64,000 nucleotides of DNA from Octopus vulgaris (GCA_951406725.2 OX597816.1:78058001-78122000), one strand, 5' to 3'. Positions 13,365-26,027 are shown, counted from the stretch's first letter. The notes: generated from the letters alone by a model not told the origin. A program made the numbers and translations.

Positions 13365-14109
13365 AAAAACAAGTCAAGATAGAAAATGCTAAAATAATTT
13401 TATAAAGAACATTTCAGTACCGGTTTCAGTCATTTGAGACCTTTTCAACTGTAACGATTAAATAATTATATTTAGAAAAATTGAAAGAAAAGTTTTTTAA
13501 AAGAATATTTGTATAGTGTTCAAATATAAGTGGCATTTTCCTTGTTTCTGCCTTTCTCTGTCTCTCTTGTGTACACTTGTGGGTTCGAGGTCGTTGTGAA
13601 TTCTTGGTAGGGAAGAAGAACAAGAAGGATGAGAAGAAGGGGGGGAGGGAGAATTTGGGAGTGCCTTGATTGTTGTATTTTGAGTGGTCAGTGGCGGCTA
13701 GCAGTTGCTGTTCAATTCATGAGAATATTTCTATTGAAAGGTTTGTTTATAGAATTTGCGTTGGTGTTATACTAAAAAGCATTAGTGATAAAGTTAGGAA
13801 GTAGAAGGGGGAGAAGAAGAAGAAGAAGATGATGATGATGATGATGATGATGATGACGACGACGACGACGACGACGATGAAGAAGAAGAAGAAGAAGAAG
13901 AAGAAGAAGAAGAAGAAGAAGAAGAAGAAGAAGAAGAAGAAGAAGAAGAAGAAGAAGCCTCCTAAAACACCACACCCGAATATGGGATATCAGGACGCAC
14001 TTCTCAATACTGTTCCAAGAACACACACCATAAATCACAACAGGGCACCCCACATCAACAAGGAACAACTATATAATAGCTACCGTCCCAACCACTGCAA
14101 TCATTTTTT

Positions 14110-16378
14110 AGACCCAATACGCAAACACAGAGACACAAGATAGCACCAAACAGGCAGGAGGAACCAAAAATGATAAAAATTATCAATCTAACTCACAAGG
14201 AACTAACAGCAAGCCAAATAAATATACTCTCCAACGGACTCAAGTTTACACCCACCCCACAACACCCCAACTACAATGAAATGAAAGAAGACATCGCAGA
14301 ATTCTGTAGAAAATTACGACTTACTGAGGAACAATACGACAAATACAACGAGGACGAATCGTTGGTCAGAAATAGGAGTAACTACACTCCCTCAAAAGGT
14401 AAGAACAAAACACTTGATCATTTCTGTGAACACATCTCGAATTACCCATATCAACATATGCACAAACAAAAACACAAACCAAACTTCAGCAAAAAAGAAT
14501 GGGCTGAGCTGAAAAAATCAAAAAATGACAAAACAATTACAATCAAAGAGGCCGATAAAGGGAGTGCAGTTGTTTTAATGGACACGACATTTTACATAAC
14601 TTTAGTACTATCTATGTTGGAAGACACAACATATGAAAAGGCACAAAACTACAGTCAACAAAAAATAATGAGGGAACTAAAATCCATGTTAAACCCATAC
14701 AAAGAAGGGCTCACCGACAAAGAATATGACTATATGACCAATTTCACAAGTAAAACCGGCCAATTCTATGGTATTCCTAAGATACACAAAAGTGAGAAAA
14801 TAAGTAGCAGGTCTCGCATGCGAAACCCACCGCCTCAGTAATTTTTTAGACACCCTGTTAAAACCACTCCTCAAACATGTCAAAAGCTCTATAAGGGACG
14901 ACCTGGATATGCTCAATCACCTACCTAATACTATAAACAAAAACACCCTACTAGTATCCTTCGATGTAGTCAACCTCTATTCCAATATCCCCCACAACCT
15001 AGGAATAGAGGCAATTCAATTCTGGCTAGAGAATCACGCCAACGAACTCCCACATCGCATCAAAAAAGAATTCGTGATAGAAGGGGTTAAATTCATCCTG
15101 GAAAATAACTTCTTCGCCTTCAAAGACAACTTCTACCGACAAAAATCGGGGACTGCGATGGGTGCGCGAATGGCCCTCCTCCTTTGCCAACCTAGTCATG
15201 GGATATCTAGAAATCAGTCTGTATCGCAAGGTTCTAGAAAGATATGGCAGCCCTTTCTCCCTCTACATAGAAAACAACTGGAAGAGATACCTAGATGACT
15301 GTTTCATTCTTTGGCATGAAAATATAGGGAAACTCAAAGAATTACAAGCAATTTTAAATGGACTGGACGTAAACATCCAATTCACGATGGAATATAGCCA
15401 GCAACAACTCCCCTTCCTCGACATCCTCATTAAGAAATCTAATAATGTAATAGAAACAGATATATACTATAAGCCTACAGATTCTAAGCAATATCTTCCA
15501 TTCAATTCATGCCACCCCAGACATACCAGAATGAATATCCCCTTCAATCTGGCAAAAAGGATATGTACTATAGTTTCTAATGCAAACACCAGAGATACAC
15601 GACTACAAGAACTAAAAGATACCCTCATCACCAGGAACTACCCACCTTCACTTATTGACATATGCATTCAACGTGACCTTCAACTCAACATCCAGGAACT
15701 GAGACATCCCAAATTAAAGAAAAATTTACGACCAAAAGCCTTACCATACATCTCCACACACAACCCTCTCAACAATGAAGCCTTCGACACCATCCTCCAA
15801 AATATACCCCTGCTAAAAAAAAAGACCACAGAATGAACATAATCTTCCAAACACACACGATCATAAAAAGCAAGAGACAGCCTAAATCTATAAAAAGTCT
15901 CCTAACACAAGCCCGAATATGCTCATCAACACAGAAGCCGACAGTAAAAAAATGTGGAAGACCCAATTGCGGGATATGCGATTATCTAATTGAGGGATCA
16001 GTGTTCTCCTTCAAACAGGGACAACGGTTCACAGTGAAAAGCAACTTCACATGTACTTCGGAGAACCTGATATACACACTAACCTGCTCTGTATGTCAAG
16101 AGCAATACATAGGCCAAACAAAAAATAGTTTGCGTAAAAGAATGGCCCTGCACAGATCCCAGATAAAAATTCCCCAAAACAGAAAAATAGCATTCAGCCA
16201 ACACATAGATATTTGCGCCAACAACAAAACACCAAGCTTCAGGATTTTCCCCCTCTACCAATTCAGGGACGATACAACCTCGAGCCAACGAATAAGTGAA
16301 GAAACTCTCTTTATTACAAAATACAGGCGCCTGAACGGGTCTACGACAAACGATATATCCACCTCGGCTTTAGAATAA
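14110..16378 (+). pseudogene. PLE reverse transcriptase + GIY-YIG endonuclease, frameshifted
   Basis: GLKFTPTP, ADKG, FDVVNLY, GTAMG, RYLDD, LPFLD, SCHP, CxxxxCxxC linker and NLIY..CxxC..YIGQT, spread over 4 ORF pieces. Confidence 0.93.
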
Positions 16379-16973
16379 CACAAATACACACGCAAATATT
16401 ACATCCCTTAGAATCCATTAAAAATCAGCCCCAATCACAGCTATAACCCATAACGTGCCAACTTTAGGTCATACAACACCTCACTACTTCCACTCATTCA
16501 TATTATCTCTTCTCTTTCTTCTTCTTCTTCTTCTTCTTCTTCATCATCATCATCATTATCATCATCATCATCGTCATCGTCATCATCATCATCATCATCA
16601 TCATCTTCTTCTTCTTCTTCTCCCCCTTCTACTTCCTAACTTTATCACTAATGCTTTTTAGTGTAACACCTACGCAAACTCTATAAACAAACCTTTCAAT
16701 AGAAATATTCTCATGAATTGAACAGCAACTGCTAGCCGCCACTGACCACTCAAAGTACAACAATCAAGGCACTCCCAAATTCTCCCTCCCCCTTCTTCTC
16801 ATCCTTCTTGTTCTTCTTCCCTACCAAGAATTCACAATAACCTCGAACCCACTAGTGTACACAAGAGAGACAGAGAAAGGCAGAAACAAGGAAAATGCCA
16901 CTTATATTTGAACACTATACAAATATTCTTTTAAAAAAAACTTTTCTTTTAATTTTTCTATATTTAATTGTTA

Positions 16974-17010
16974 CAGTTGAAAAGGTCTCAAATGACTGAA
17001 ACCGGTACTG
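16974..17010 (+). ncRNA. Minimal hammerhead motif in pseudo-LTR, U3-A8 variant; inverted copy at 13415-13451
   Basis: CAG TTGAAAA GGTC-tcaaat-GACT GAAA CCGG TA CTG. Confidence 0.6.
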
Positions 17011-17060
17011 AAATGTTCTTTATAAAATTATTTTAGCATTTTCTATCTTGACTTGTTTTT

Positions 17061-17165
<105 letters not shown>

Positions 17166-17215
17166 TTAGGGAATAAATCCAAACTTACAGGGAAAAATTA
17201 GATTTAGGATTAAAT

Positions 17216-17460
17216 CCCCGCTAGGTAACGGGGACATAAACACACCAGCATCGGTTGTCAAGCAATGCTAGGGGGACAAGCACACACGAATATATATATA
17301 TATATACATATATACGACGGGCTTCTTTCAGTTTCCGTCCACCAAATCCACTCACAAGGCTTTGGTTGGCCCGAGGCTATAGTAGAAGACACTTGCCCAA
17401 GGTGCCACGCAGTGGGACTGAACCCGGAACCATGTGGCTGGTAAACAAGCTACTTACCAC

Positions 17461-17463
<3 letters not shown>
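17216..17463 (-). mobile_element. tRNA-derived cephalopod-type SINE, partial
   Basis: Reverse complement of the 49592 family (gacacttgcccaaggtgccacgcagtgggactgaacccggaacc). Confidence 0.85.
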
Positions 17464-17498
<35 letters not shown>

Positions 17499-17525
17499 TA
17501 TACATATATATATACATATATATAC

Positions 17526-17580
<55 letters not shown>

Positions 17581-17643
17581 CACATATATATATATACATA
17601 TATATACATATATATATATACATATATATACATATATATATAC

Positions 17644-17674
<31 letters not shown>

Positions 17675-17775
17675 ATATACATATATATATACATATATAT
17701 ATACATATATATATACATATATATATATACATATATATATATATACATATATGTATATATATACATATATATACA
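17464..17775. repeat. Imperfect (TA)n/(TACATA)n array
   Basis: Low-complexity run; source of the spurious IY-repeat ORFs. Confidence 0.95.
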
Positions 17776-18794
17776 CACATACATACGCACACATAAATAT
17801 ATGTGTGTGTACACACATATATATACGTATATACACACACACACACAAACACACACAGACATACGTACATATGTGTGCGTGTTTGTGTGTGTGATGTATA
17901 AGGCATTTGGAAATAGAGATAATTCTAAACATCAAACGAATCCTATCATATTGCAGTAAGCAGATAACCGCTACTTGTTACAATTAGTTTTACTTGCTTG
18001 AAAATTTTTATGCATTTTTACCGTTTAATATTGCTTCACTCATTTTTTTTTATTCTGCAAGTATGTTTTAGAAAACAGGAATGATATACTTGATATATGA
18101 AAGTGATATTAAAACTTGTCGTTCTTAGTATTTCCTGTGCAAAGAAAACGAAAAATAAATCCAGTTTTAATGCTTATTACATATATCTTCTTGTCACCGT
18201 TATTTGGTTCAGTAGTAGACAGTGTAGTACATTACTTTCACTTTCGAGTTAGAATAAATACAAGAGTGCTAAATACGTAATACAGAGTTTATTATTAGCA
18301 AATATATAAACTATGTCTTAGTGGTGTTATATTTATCAACAATCACCAACAAAGGCAGAATATAATTTATTATACGACTGTACATTATGTCTTGTGCGAA
18401 CATGTGCCTGTCATTTTACTGTTGTGTTTATGTACTATTGTATAACCCTTTATGGATAACTATTTATGTGTCTGTGTATATATATCTATGTGTTGACGGA
18501 TTCGTGTTTATGAACAATCATTAGTAAGGGTGAAGCAGAATTCATAGAAGAAAGTTATTCAAAAATGTTAATTATAGACGTTGCATGAATCACTCACACC
18601 GGATTTTTTAATTAGTCTATCTTACGAAGGGTGTCAAATCGAACGATGTCAAGATTCATCAGAGGAATAATAACCTATCAAAAGTCGGCGTTCCGAATAC
18701 ATTTAGAATCTCATTTTCAATCGATTTGATTTTACCTCTGCTGATGATTCCTGATAAATACACAGACACAGACACATACACAAACAAGCACACG

Positions 18795-18825
<31 letters not shown>

Positions 18826-18839
18826 CACATATACAAATA

Positions 18840-18887
<48 letters not shown>

Positions 18888-19693
18888 TCAATAAATGGTG
18901 GGGTTGTGTTGACCGCACGTGGAGAAATGATAAGTAAGGAAAAATTTTTTTAAAAATGCAGAATGCTCAAATGAAAGAAAATTTTAATAAAATGAGAAAT
19001 TGATAAAATATATAAATATATATTTATTCAACCGGTTTTCGTCATTGTATGACTTGTCAAGAATATTTATGTTTTAAAAAGTTTTTTTTTAAATTAGAAA
19101 GGGGAAAAAAAGAAAATTGCATTGTTTTTTGTAAAAGAATAATGATAAAAATGTACAAAAATTAAAAAATAAGTTCTCCGATACATTGTGAGTTCGTTGT
19201 GTATCTTGAGTTTTATGGTTGTTTACGAAAAAATTACCTTGAGGTGTTAAGATCCAAAGGGATTAAGAGCAGGTGTTGTGTTGTTAAATTCAGCATGTTT
19301 GCAGGACAGGAAGTAGTAGTAATTGTGGTCCTGGTTCTTCAGTTCCTGTGTTGTGAGTAAGGGGAGACAACTCTTTTGAGTTCTTCAATAAAACCCAAAT
19401 TATAAAATTATCATTTTAGCTTCATTTGCGTTATCTTTTTTATATAATTGCTTGTTAACTTAACTTTCAGATTTTAACACTTTATTTATATTATTTTCTA
19501 ATTATATAAATCTGCATAGACAATTGCATTTCAAATTGTCATATCATTTATAATAAAAATGATAGTAATAACAACAATAGTAAAAATGATATTTAAAGAA
19601 TATAAGTTTTAGCTTGAAGTGATGAATGCATGGTATCTTTATATATTTGTGTTAGTCCATCCATGAAGAGTGAGGTAGAGAAAGGAAGTTTGA

Positions 19694-20286
19694 TCAACGA
19701 GGAGTTTGCATATTAAGTTGTGTTTGGAATTTTTCAATAAAGAGATTCTCCTTGTTAATTCTCTCCTGTGTGGTGATCCCGTCTTTACATTGGTAGAAGG
19801 GGAATATATAGAATTTGGGGTTTAAGTCTTTAGCACATGAGTCTAAGTGGTCACTCAGTGGAATTTGTCGGTATTCCGGGAGATTTATTTGTTCTTTATG
19901 CACCGTTACTCGTTTACGTAACGGGAGACTCGTTTGTCCAACATAATTATGTTGGCAACCAGCGCATGTGAGAACGTAGATAAGGTTCTCGGAGGAACAG
20001 GAGAAGTTAGTCTTGATTTTAAACTTCGTACCTTGTTTGAAGGTAAATTCAGAGCCTTCAAGTAGAAAGGGGCAGGTACCACAGTTTGAGCGTGCACATT
20101 TTTTTACTGTTGGGGGTGGATGTGGTGTGTGAAGTTTGGCATTTGTCAAGAGTTTTTTAAAGATTTGTGTTGCCTTTTGCATTTGAGGATTTTGTGTGTA
20201 TTTATAATGTTTTTCATTTTTGGGTCTGTTGACAGTAGACTGAGGTTTTGTATGATTGTGGTGTATGCTTCGATATTTTTGGGGTT
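19694..20286 (-). pseudogene. Inverted duplicate of the PLE2 GIY-YIG coding segment
   Basis: Translation identical to the C-terminus of the 23403-24602 ORF. Confidence 0.92.
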
Positions 20287-20842
20287 TCAGATTTTATAAT
20301 TTGGGTTTTATTGAAGAACTCAAAAGAGTTGTCTCCCCTTACTCACAACACAGGAACTGAAGAACCAGGACCACAATTACTACTACTTCCTGTCCTGCAA
20401 ACATGCTGAATTTAACAACACAACACCTGCTCTTAATCCCTTTGGATCTTAACACCTCAAGGTAATTTTTTCGTAAACAACCATAAAACTCAAGATACAC
20501 AACGAACTCACAATGTATCGGAGAACTTATTTTTTAATTTTTGTACATTTTTATCATTATTCTTTTACAAAAAACAATGCAATTTTCTTTTTTTCCCCTT
20601 TCTAATTTAAAAAAAAACTTTTTAAAACATAAATATTCTTGACAAGTCATACAATGACGAAAACCGGTTGAATAAATATATATTTATATATTTTATCAAT
20701 TTCTCATTTTATTAAAATTTTCTTTCATTTGAGCATTCTGCATTTAAAAAAAATTTTTTCCTTACTTATCATTTCTCCACGTGCGGTCAACACAACCCCA
20801 CCATTTATTGATCTGTACCCTCTACCACACGTGTGATTCAGA

Positions 20843-22334
20843 ATGCCTCCGAAAAACAAGAGCACTCTTACAGAGACAGTCACCAATAAGACCATTCTAA
20901 AAGAACTCAAAGTACTCAATACACATCTACTTACATTCTCCAAAAAAATTGACGAACTTCTCCATCAATCCCGGGACAACTCAGAAAACAACCATCATCA
21001 ACAACTTTCGGATAAAATTGATGTAAACCTAAACGAAATCAACACTACACTGAAAACTCTACTTTCGGATAAGATAGATGTAAACCTAAATGAAATCAAC
21101 ACTACACTGAAAACTCTACTTACCAATTCAACGCCAAAGAGACCTCAGACACCACTCAACACACAGAAAGAACACACTTCAACCCCAGCACAACGCATTA
21201 AAAACCAGATCATCACTACTTGGACTAAGAAACTACACAACAGAAAACTTCTCTTCTGGAACATGCTCAAAAACCAAAACAAAGCTGAAATTTACGACAA
21301 ATGGTTAAACTCCTCCCCTATCATACTACCCCAAAAATTCCAAATCAAACACATCCCAAACGAACCTGAAAAACAACGCTCCCTAAGAGAAAAACTAACA
21401 TTGGAAAAATTAAAACCGAAGTAGAACTTCTAAAACTCAGAGCACAAAACCACGAACAAAAATACACAAAAATAGACGATGAGATACTTCTAGAACTAAC
21501 CTCACACACCAACGAACAGCCCCTCGAACTTGTTATTAAACTATGGAAAGATGAATGTGAAAAGGAAGAACGAACCTCCCTTAAACGCTGGGAAAACAAC
21601 AAAGATTTCTTCCTCAACTATGAAACACAATTCATATTAAACCATAAATCCAAAAACCCATTCATAAAAGTACCCACAACACAGACTTCCACTGTACCCC
21701 ATAAACACCATTCCAAACCGCACCTCAAATACACATACTCTCCAAACCCCCTCCTAACAGGACACAACCTCCCCCAACCATATAAAAAACCTTTTCCCTC
21801 CCGAAACATCTCAAACAAGACCCACCACAAAACCTGGTTTTCCAATCACTCTAACACCCCTCCCCCACCGATTAGAACCTTCAAGAACCTCCCATACACT
21901 AGAAATTATCCCCCCTCAAGGCTCCCCTCCCTCACACTAATAACAAACAAGGCATCCTACCCACACCGATACATATAATACCCACCCAACGAACCCCCTA
22001 TAGTCCACCCATCCAACAACCACATTCCTACCACATCTCCTACAGATCTCCAAACCCTCACATCCCATACGAACCCAATCACCACAACTACATACCCCCC
22101 TACATCCCCCCATACAATCTACCAGACACACACCCACAAACCCATCGCATTTCTCACAAATCCTTACACCATCGCATCCCATACCAACACAAATACGACA
22201 ACTACCTACCCCCCTCCAACCTCCCCACCCAAAAACACTCCTACACATACAACCAGAACTTTAACAAAGAATACACCCCTTACCTCAACAACCATTTTTT
22301 AGACAGAGGGGAAAAATACAAACACCACCGCTAA
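20843..22334 (+). pseudogene. PLE2 upstream ORF1: helical/coiled-coil N-half and Pro/His/Tyr-rich C-half (~495 aa, two frameshifts near 21410 and 21905-21975)
   Basis: Three long overlapping open frames from ATG 20843 to TAA 22332-22334; 19-aa tandem duplication LSDKIDVNLNEINTTLKTL. Confidence 0.7.
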
Positions 22335-24602
22335 CACAGACCCAAAATAATAAAACAAAAATTATAAACCTCTCCTGCAAAACACTGACACCAACCCAAA
22401 TCAACATCCTAGCAAGAGGTTTGAAATTCACACCCACCCCAAGAACACCCAACCCAAGGATGACGTTTCTGAATTCTGCAGAAAACTTCGCCTAACAGAA
22501 GCTTTGACAGATATCAACAATGGGGACGATTCATTGATCAGAAATAAAAGCAACTTCCTACCACCAAAAGGGAGAAATAAAACACTGGACGATTTCTGCA
22601 AACACATCCAGAGTCTCCCCTTTACCCCAAGCAAAACCAAGGTAAAATCCAATTTCAGTAAGGAAGAATGGGAAAACCTACGTGACATACAACTGGATAA
22701 AAACCTCACCATCAAAGAAGCGGACAAAGGGAGTGCTGTGGTCCTTATGGACACGGAATTTTATAAACACCTAGTGTTTTCCATGCTTAACAATAACATT
22801 TTCTATGAGGTTATTAACAACTACAAACAGCAAAAAACAATCAGAAACCTCACCACACTCATACGCCAACACGGTCAGGGACTCACAGAAAAAGAAAGGG
22901 ATTATATCACCATCTTCAAATGCAAGCCCAGCCTTTTTTATGGCCTTCCTAAAATCCATAAAAACAAATACATCACCAAAGCCTGCAAACTCTCCACTGA
23001 CATCCACATCAACATCAAAGCACCGGAGGACCTAAAACTAAGGCCCATCGTGGCTGGTACCTCCTGTGAAACACACCGCCTGAGTAACTTCCTAGACATC
23101 CTTTTGAAACCTTTCCTTACCCACATCAAAAGTTTCATTAGGGATGATCTGGACATGCTCAAACACCTCCCGAAAACAGTTAACGAGGAGGCACTCCTGG
23201 TATCCTTTGATGTCATCAACCTCTACACCAACATTCCACATGAGTATGGTATAGAGGCAATTGACTTCTGGCTAGAAAAACACCCAGAGACATTCCCTGA
23301 CCGCATTAACAAGTCTTTTATTACAGAATCTCTCAAGTTCATTCTGACAAACAATTTTTTCTCTTCGACGACACACACTACCGTCAAAAATGTGGCATTG
23401 CGATGGGTACCAAGGCTGCACCAGTCCTTGCGAACCTCATAATGGGTTACTTCGAACTGTCACTCTATGAAATATCAAGCCAGAAATTTGGACATGTTTT
23501 CCACACCTACCTAATGGAAAACTGGAAAAGGTATTTAGATGATTGTTTCATCATATGGAAAGAACCTTATGAAAAACTCCTGGAATTCAAAACCATACTA
23601 AACAACATACATCCCAACATCCAATTCACTATGGAATTAAGCAAACATCATCTCCCATTCCTTGATCTCCTAATTATAAAAACACCTAAGAACCAAATCA
23701 TAACAGACATCTACCACAAACCTACAGACTCACAACAATACCTCCTCTTTAGTTCATGCCACCCAAAACACACCAAGACAAATATCCCTTTCAATTTAGC
23801 TAAAAGGGTATGCACCATTGTCTCGGATCCAAAAACACGAGAAATACGCCTTCAAGACCTCAAAAAAACACTATTACAACGTCAATATCCCTCCACCCTT
23901 ATAGAGTATGGAATAAAACGCGCCAAAGAACTAGACAACACTACACTGAAAACCACCCAACCTAACACCACACACAACCTCAAAATACTTCCATACATTT
24001 CCACCCACAACCCCAAAAATATCGAAGCATACACCACAATCATACAAAACCTCAGTCTACTGTCAACAGACCCAAAAATGAAAAACATTATAAATACACA
24101 CAAAATCCTCAAATGCAAAAGGCAACACAAATCTTTAAAAAAACTCTTGACAAATGCCAAACTTCACACACCACATCCACCCCCAACAGTAAAAAAATGT
24201 GCACGCTCAAACTGTGGTACCTGCCCCTTTCTACTTGAAGGCTCTGAATTTACCTTCAAACAAGGTACGAAGTTTAAAATCAAGACTAACTTCTCCTGTT
24301 CCTCCGAGAACCTTATCTACGTTCTCACATGCGCTGGTTGCCAACATAATTATGTTGGACAAACGAGTCTCCCGTTACGTAAACGAGTAACGGTGCATAA
24401 AGAACAAATAAATCTCCCGGAATACCGACAAATTCCACTGAGTGACCACTTAGACTCATGTGCTAAAGACTTAAACCCCAAATTCTATATATTCCCCTTC
24501 TACCAATGTAAAGACGGGATCACCACACAGGAGAGAATTAACAAGGAGAATCTCTTTATTGAAAAATTCCAAACACAACTTAATATGCAAACTCCTCGTT
24601 GA
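22301..24602 (+). pseudogene. PLE2 RT + GIY-YIG ORF (indels near 22455 and 23360)
   Basis: IINLS, GLKFTPTP, ADKG, YGLPKIHK, LRPIV, FDVINLY, AMG, RYLDD, CARSNCGTC, NLIY..CAGC..YVGQT. Confidence 0.95.
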
Positions 24603-25229
24603 TCAAACTTCCTTTCTCTACCTCACTCTTCATGGATGGACTAACACAAATATATAAAGATACCATGCATTCATCACTTCAAGCTAAAACTTATATTCTT
24701 TAAATATCATTTTTACTATTGTTGTTATTACTATCATTTTTATTATAAATGATATGACAATTTGAAATGCAATTGTCTATGCAGATTTATATAATTAGAA
24801 AATAATATAAATAAAGTGTTAAAATCTGAAAGTTAAGTTAACAAGCAATTATATAAAAAAGATAACGCAAATGAAGCTAAAATGATAATTTTATAATTTG
24901 GGTTTTATTGAAGAACTCAAAAGAGTTGTCTCCCCTTACTCACAACACAGGAACTGAAGAACCAGGACCACAATTACTACTACTTCCTGTCCTGCAAACA
25001 TGCTGAATTTAACAACACAACACCTGCTCTTAATCCCTTTGGATCTTAACACCTCAAGGTAATTTTTTCGTAAACAACCATAAAACTCAAGATACACAAC
25101 GAACTCACAATGTATCGGAGAACTTATTTTTTAATTTTTGTACATTTTTATCATTATTCTTTTACAAAAAACAATGCAATTTTCTTTTTTTCCCCTTTCT
25201 AATTTTTAAAAAACTTTTTAAAACATAAA

Positions 25230-25270
25230 TATTCTTGACAAGTCATACAATGACGAAAACCGGTTGAATA
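25230..25270 (+). ncRNA. Minimal hammerhead motif, U3-A8 variant; identical copies at 20634-20674 (+) and 19025-19065 (-)
   Basis: TATTC TTGACAA GTCAT-aca-ATGAC GAAA ACCGG TT GAATA. Confidence 0.65.
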
Positions 25271-25358
25271 AATATATATTTATATATTTTATCAATTTCT
25301 CATTTTATTAAAATTTTCTTTCATTTGAGCATTCTGTATTTTTTAAAAAATGTTTCCT

Positions 25359-25419
<61 letters not shown>

Positions 25420-25420
<1 letters not shown>

Positions 25421-25575
25421 CGATTTGTGTTGCTTTTTGTATTTGATGAGTTTGTGCGTTTTCAGGATATCGTTCATTTTTGGATCTCTAGTTAGTAAAG
25501 GAAGATTTTGCACAATAGTGTTGACCGCCTCACTGTTTCTGGGGTTGAGTATTGATATGAATAGTAGATGAGGTG
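25420..25575 (-). pseudogene. Fragment of a third PLE (thumb/linker region)
   Basis: NPRNSEAVNTIVQNLPLLTRDPKMNDILKTHKLIKYKKQHKSL aligns to PLE2 NPKNIEAYTTIIQNLSLLSTDPKMKNIINTHKILKCKRQHKSL. Confidence 0.85.
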
Positions 25576-26026
25576 TGGTGTTATGTTTTGTTGTTCTTAC
25601 TCCATACAATTTGTGACATTAACCGCATAGCTGAGATGGACTGGAAGGTGGAATGTATACGCGAGAAATCCGTGTATGTATTGATATCTATGGATGTATT
25701 TATCGGTGGGTACACGTATTTCTCGTTTATATATTTTTGGTATACTTCTACGGATGAATGCAGAACAAATTCTTGCAGAGCATAAAATCTTGAGGTATAG
25801 AGTTATCGGAAAAATTTTTTGTATATTTTCTTGCTCATTCCCTCGCGTTTGACCTGTGGTTGAATATAGGAAACATATCTCAGAGTGGATTGTAGGTATT
25901 TGACATCTACTTCTAACGTAGGTCGCTGGTCACATCCAGTAGCCCTAAAATTTTATTTTTACTTGTATGGTCAGTGTTATGCGCTAGGCCACTGATATAA
26001 TCATTTTTTTATTGTATCCTTATTTT

Positions 26027-26027
<1 letters not shown>

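Larger units (their letters stand above)
18885..25341 (+). mobile_element. Near full-length Penelope-like retroelement 2: inverted 1.4-kb 3' copy, pseudo-LTR, ORF1, RT-EN, pseudo-LTR
   Basis: Direct repeats ~20291-20765 and 24888-25341; 18885-20286 is a near-identical reverse complement of the element 3' end (from 24009); both ends in (TA)n. Confidence 0.95.

Noticed and set aside
13829-13957. Poly-M/T/K ORF start
   Set aside because: It is the inverted (CAT)n/(CTT)n tract of the PLE1 pseudo-LTR, not coding.
15950-16100. Selenocysteine-type PLE (UGA at Cys positions plus SECIS)
   Set aside because: All linker and endonuclease cysteines are ordinary TGY codons in both PLEs.
17255-17959. IY/VC/HT-repeat ORFs here and throughout the window
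   Set aside because: Translations of microsatellites.
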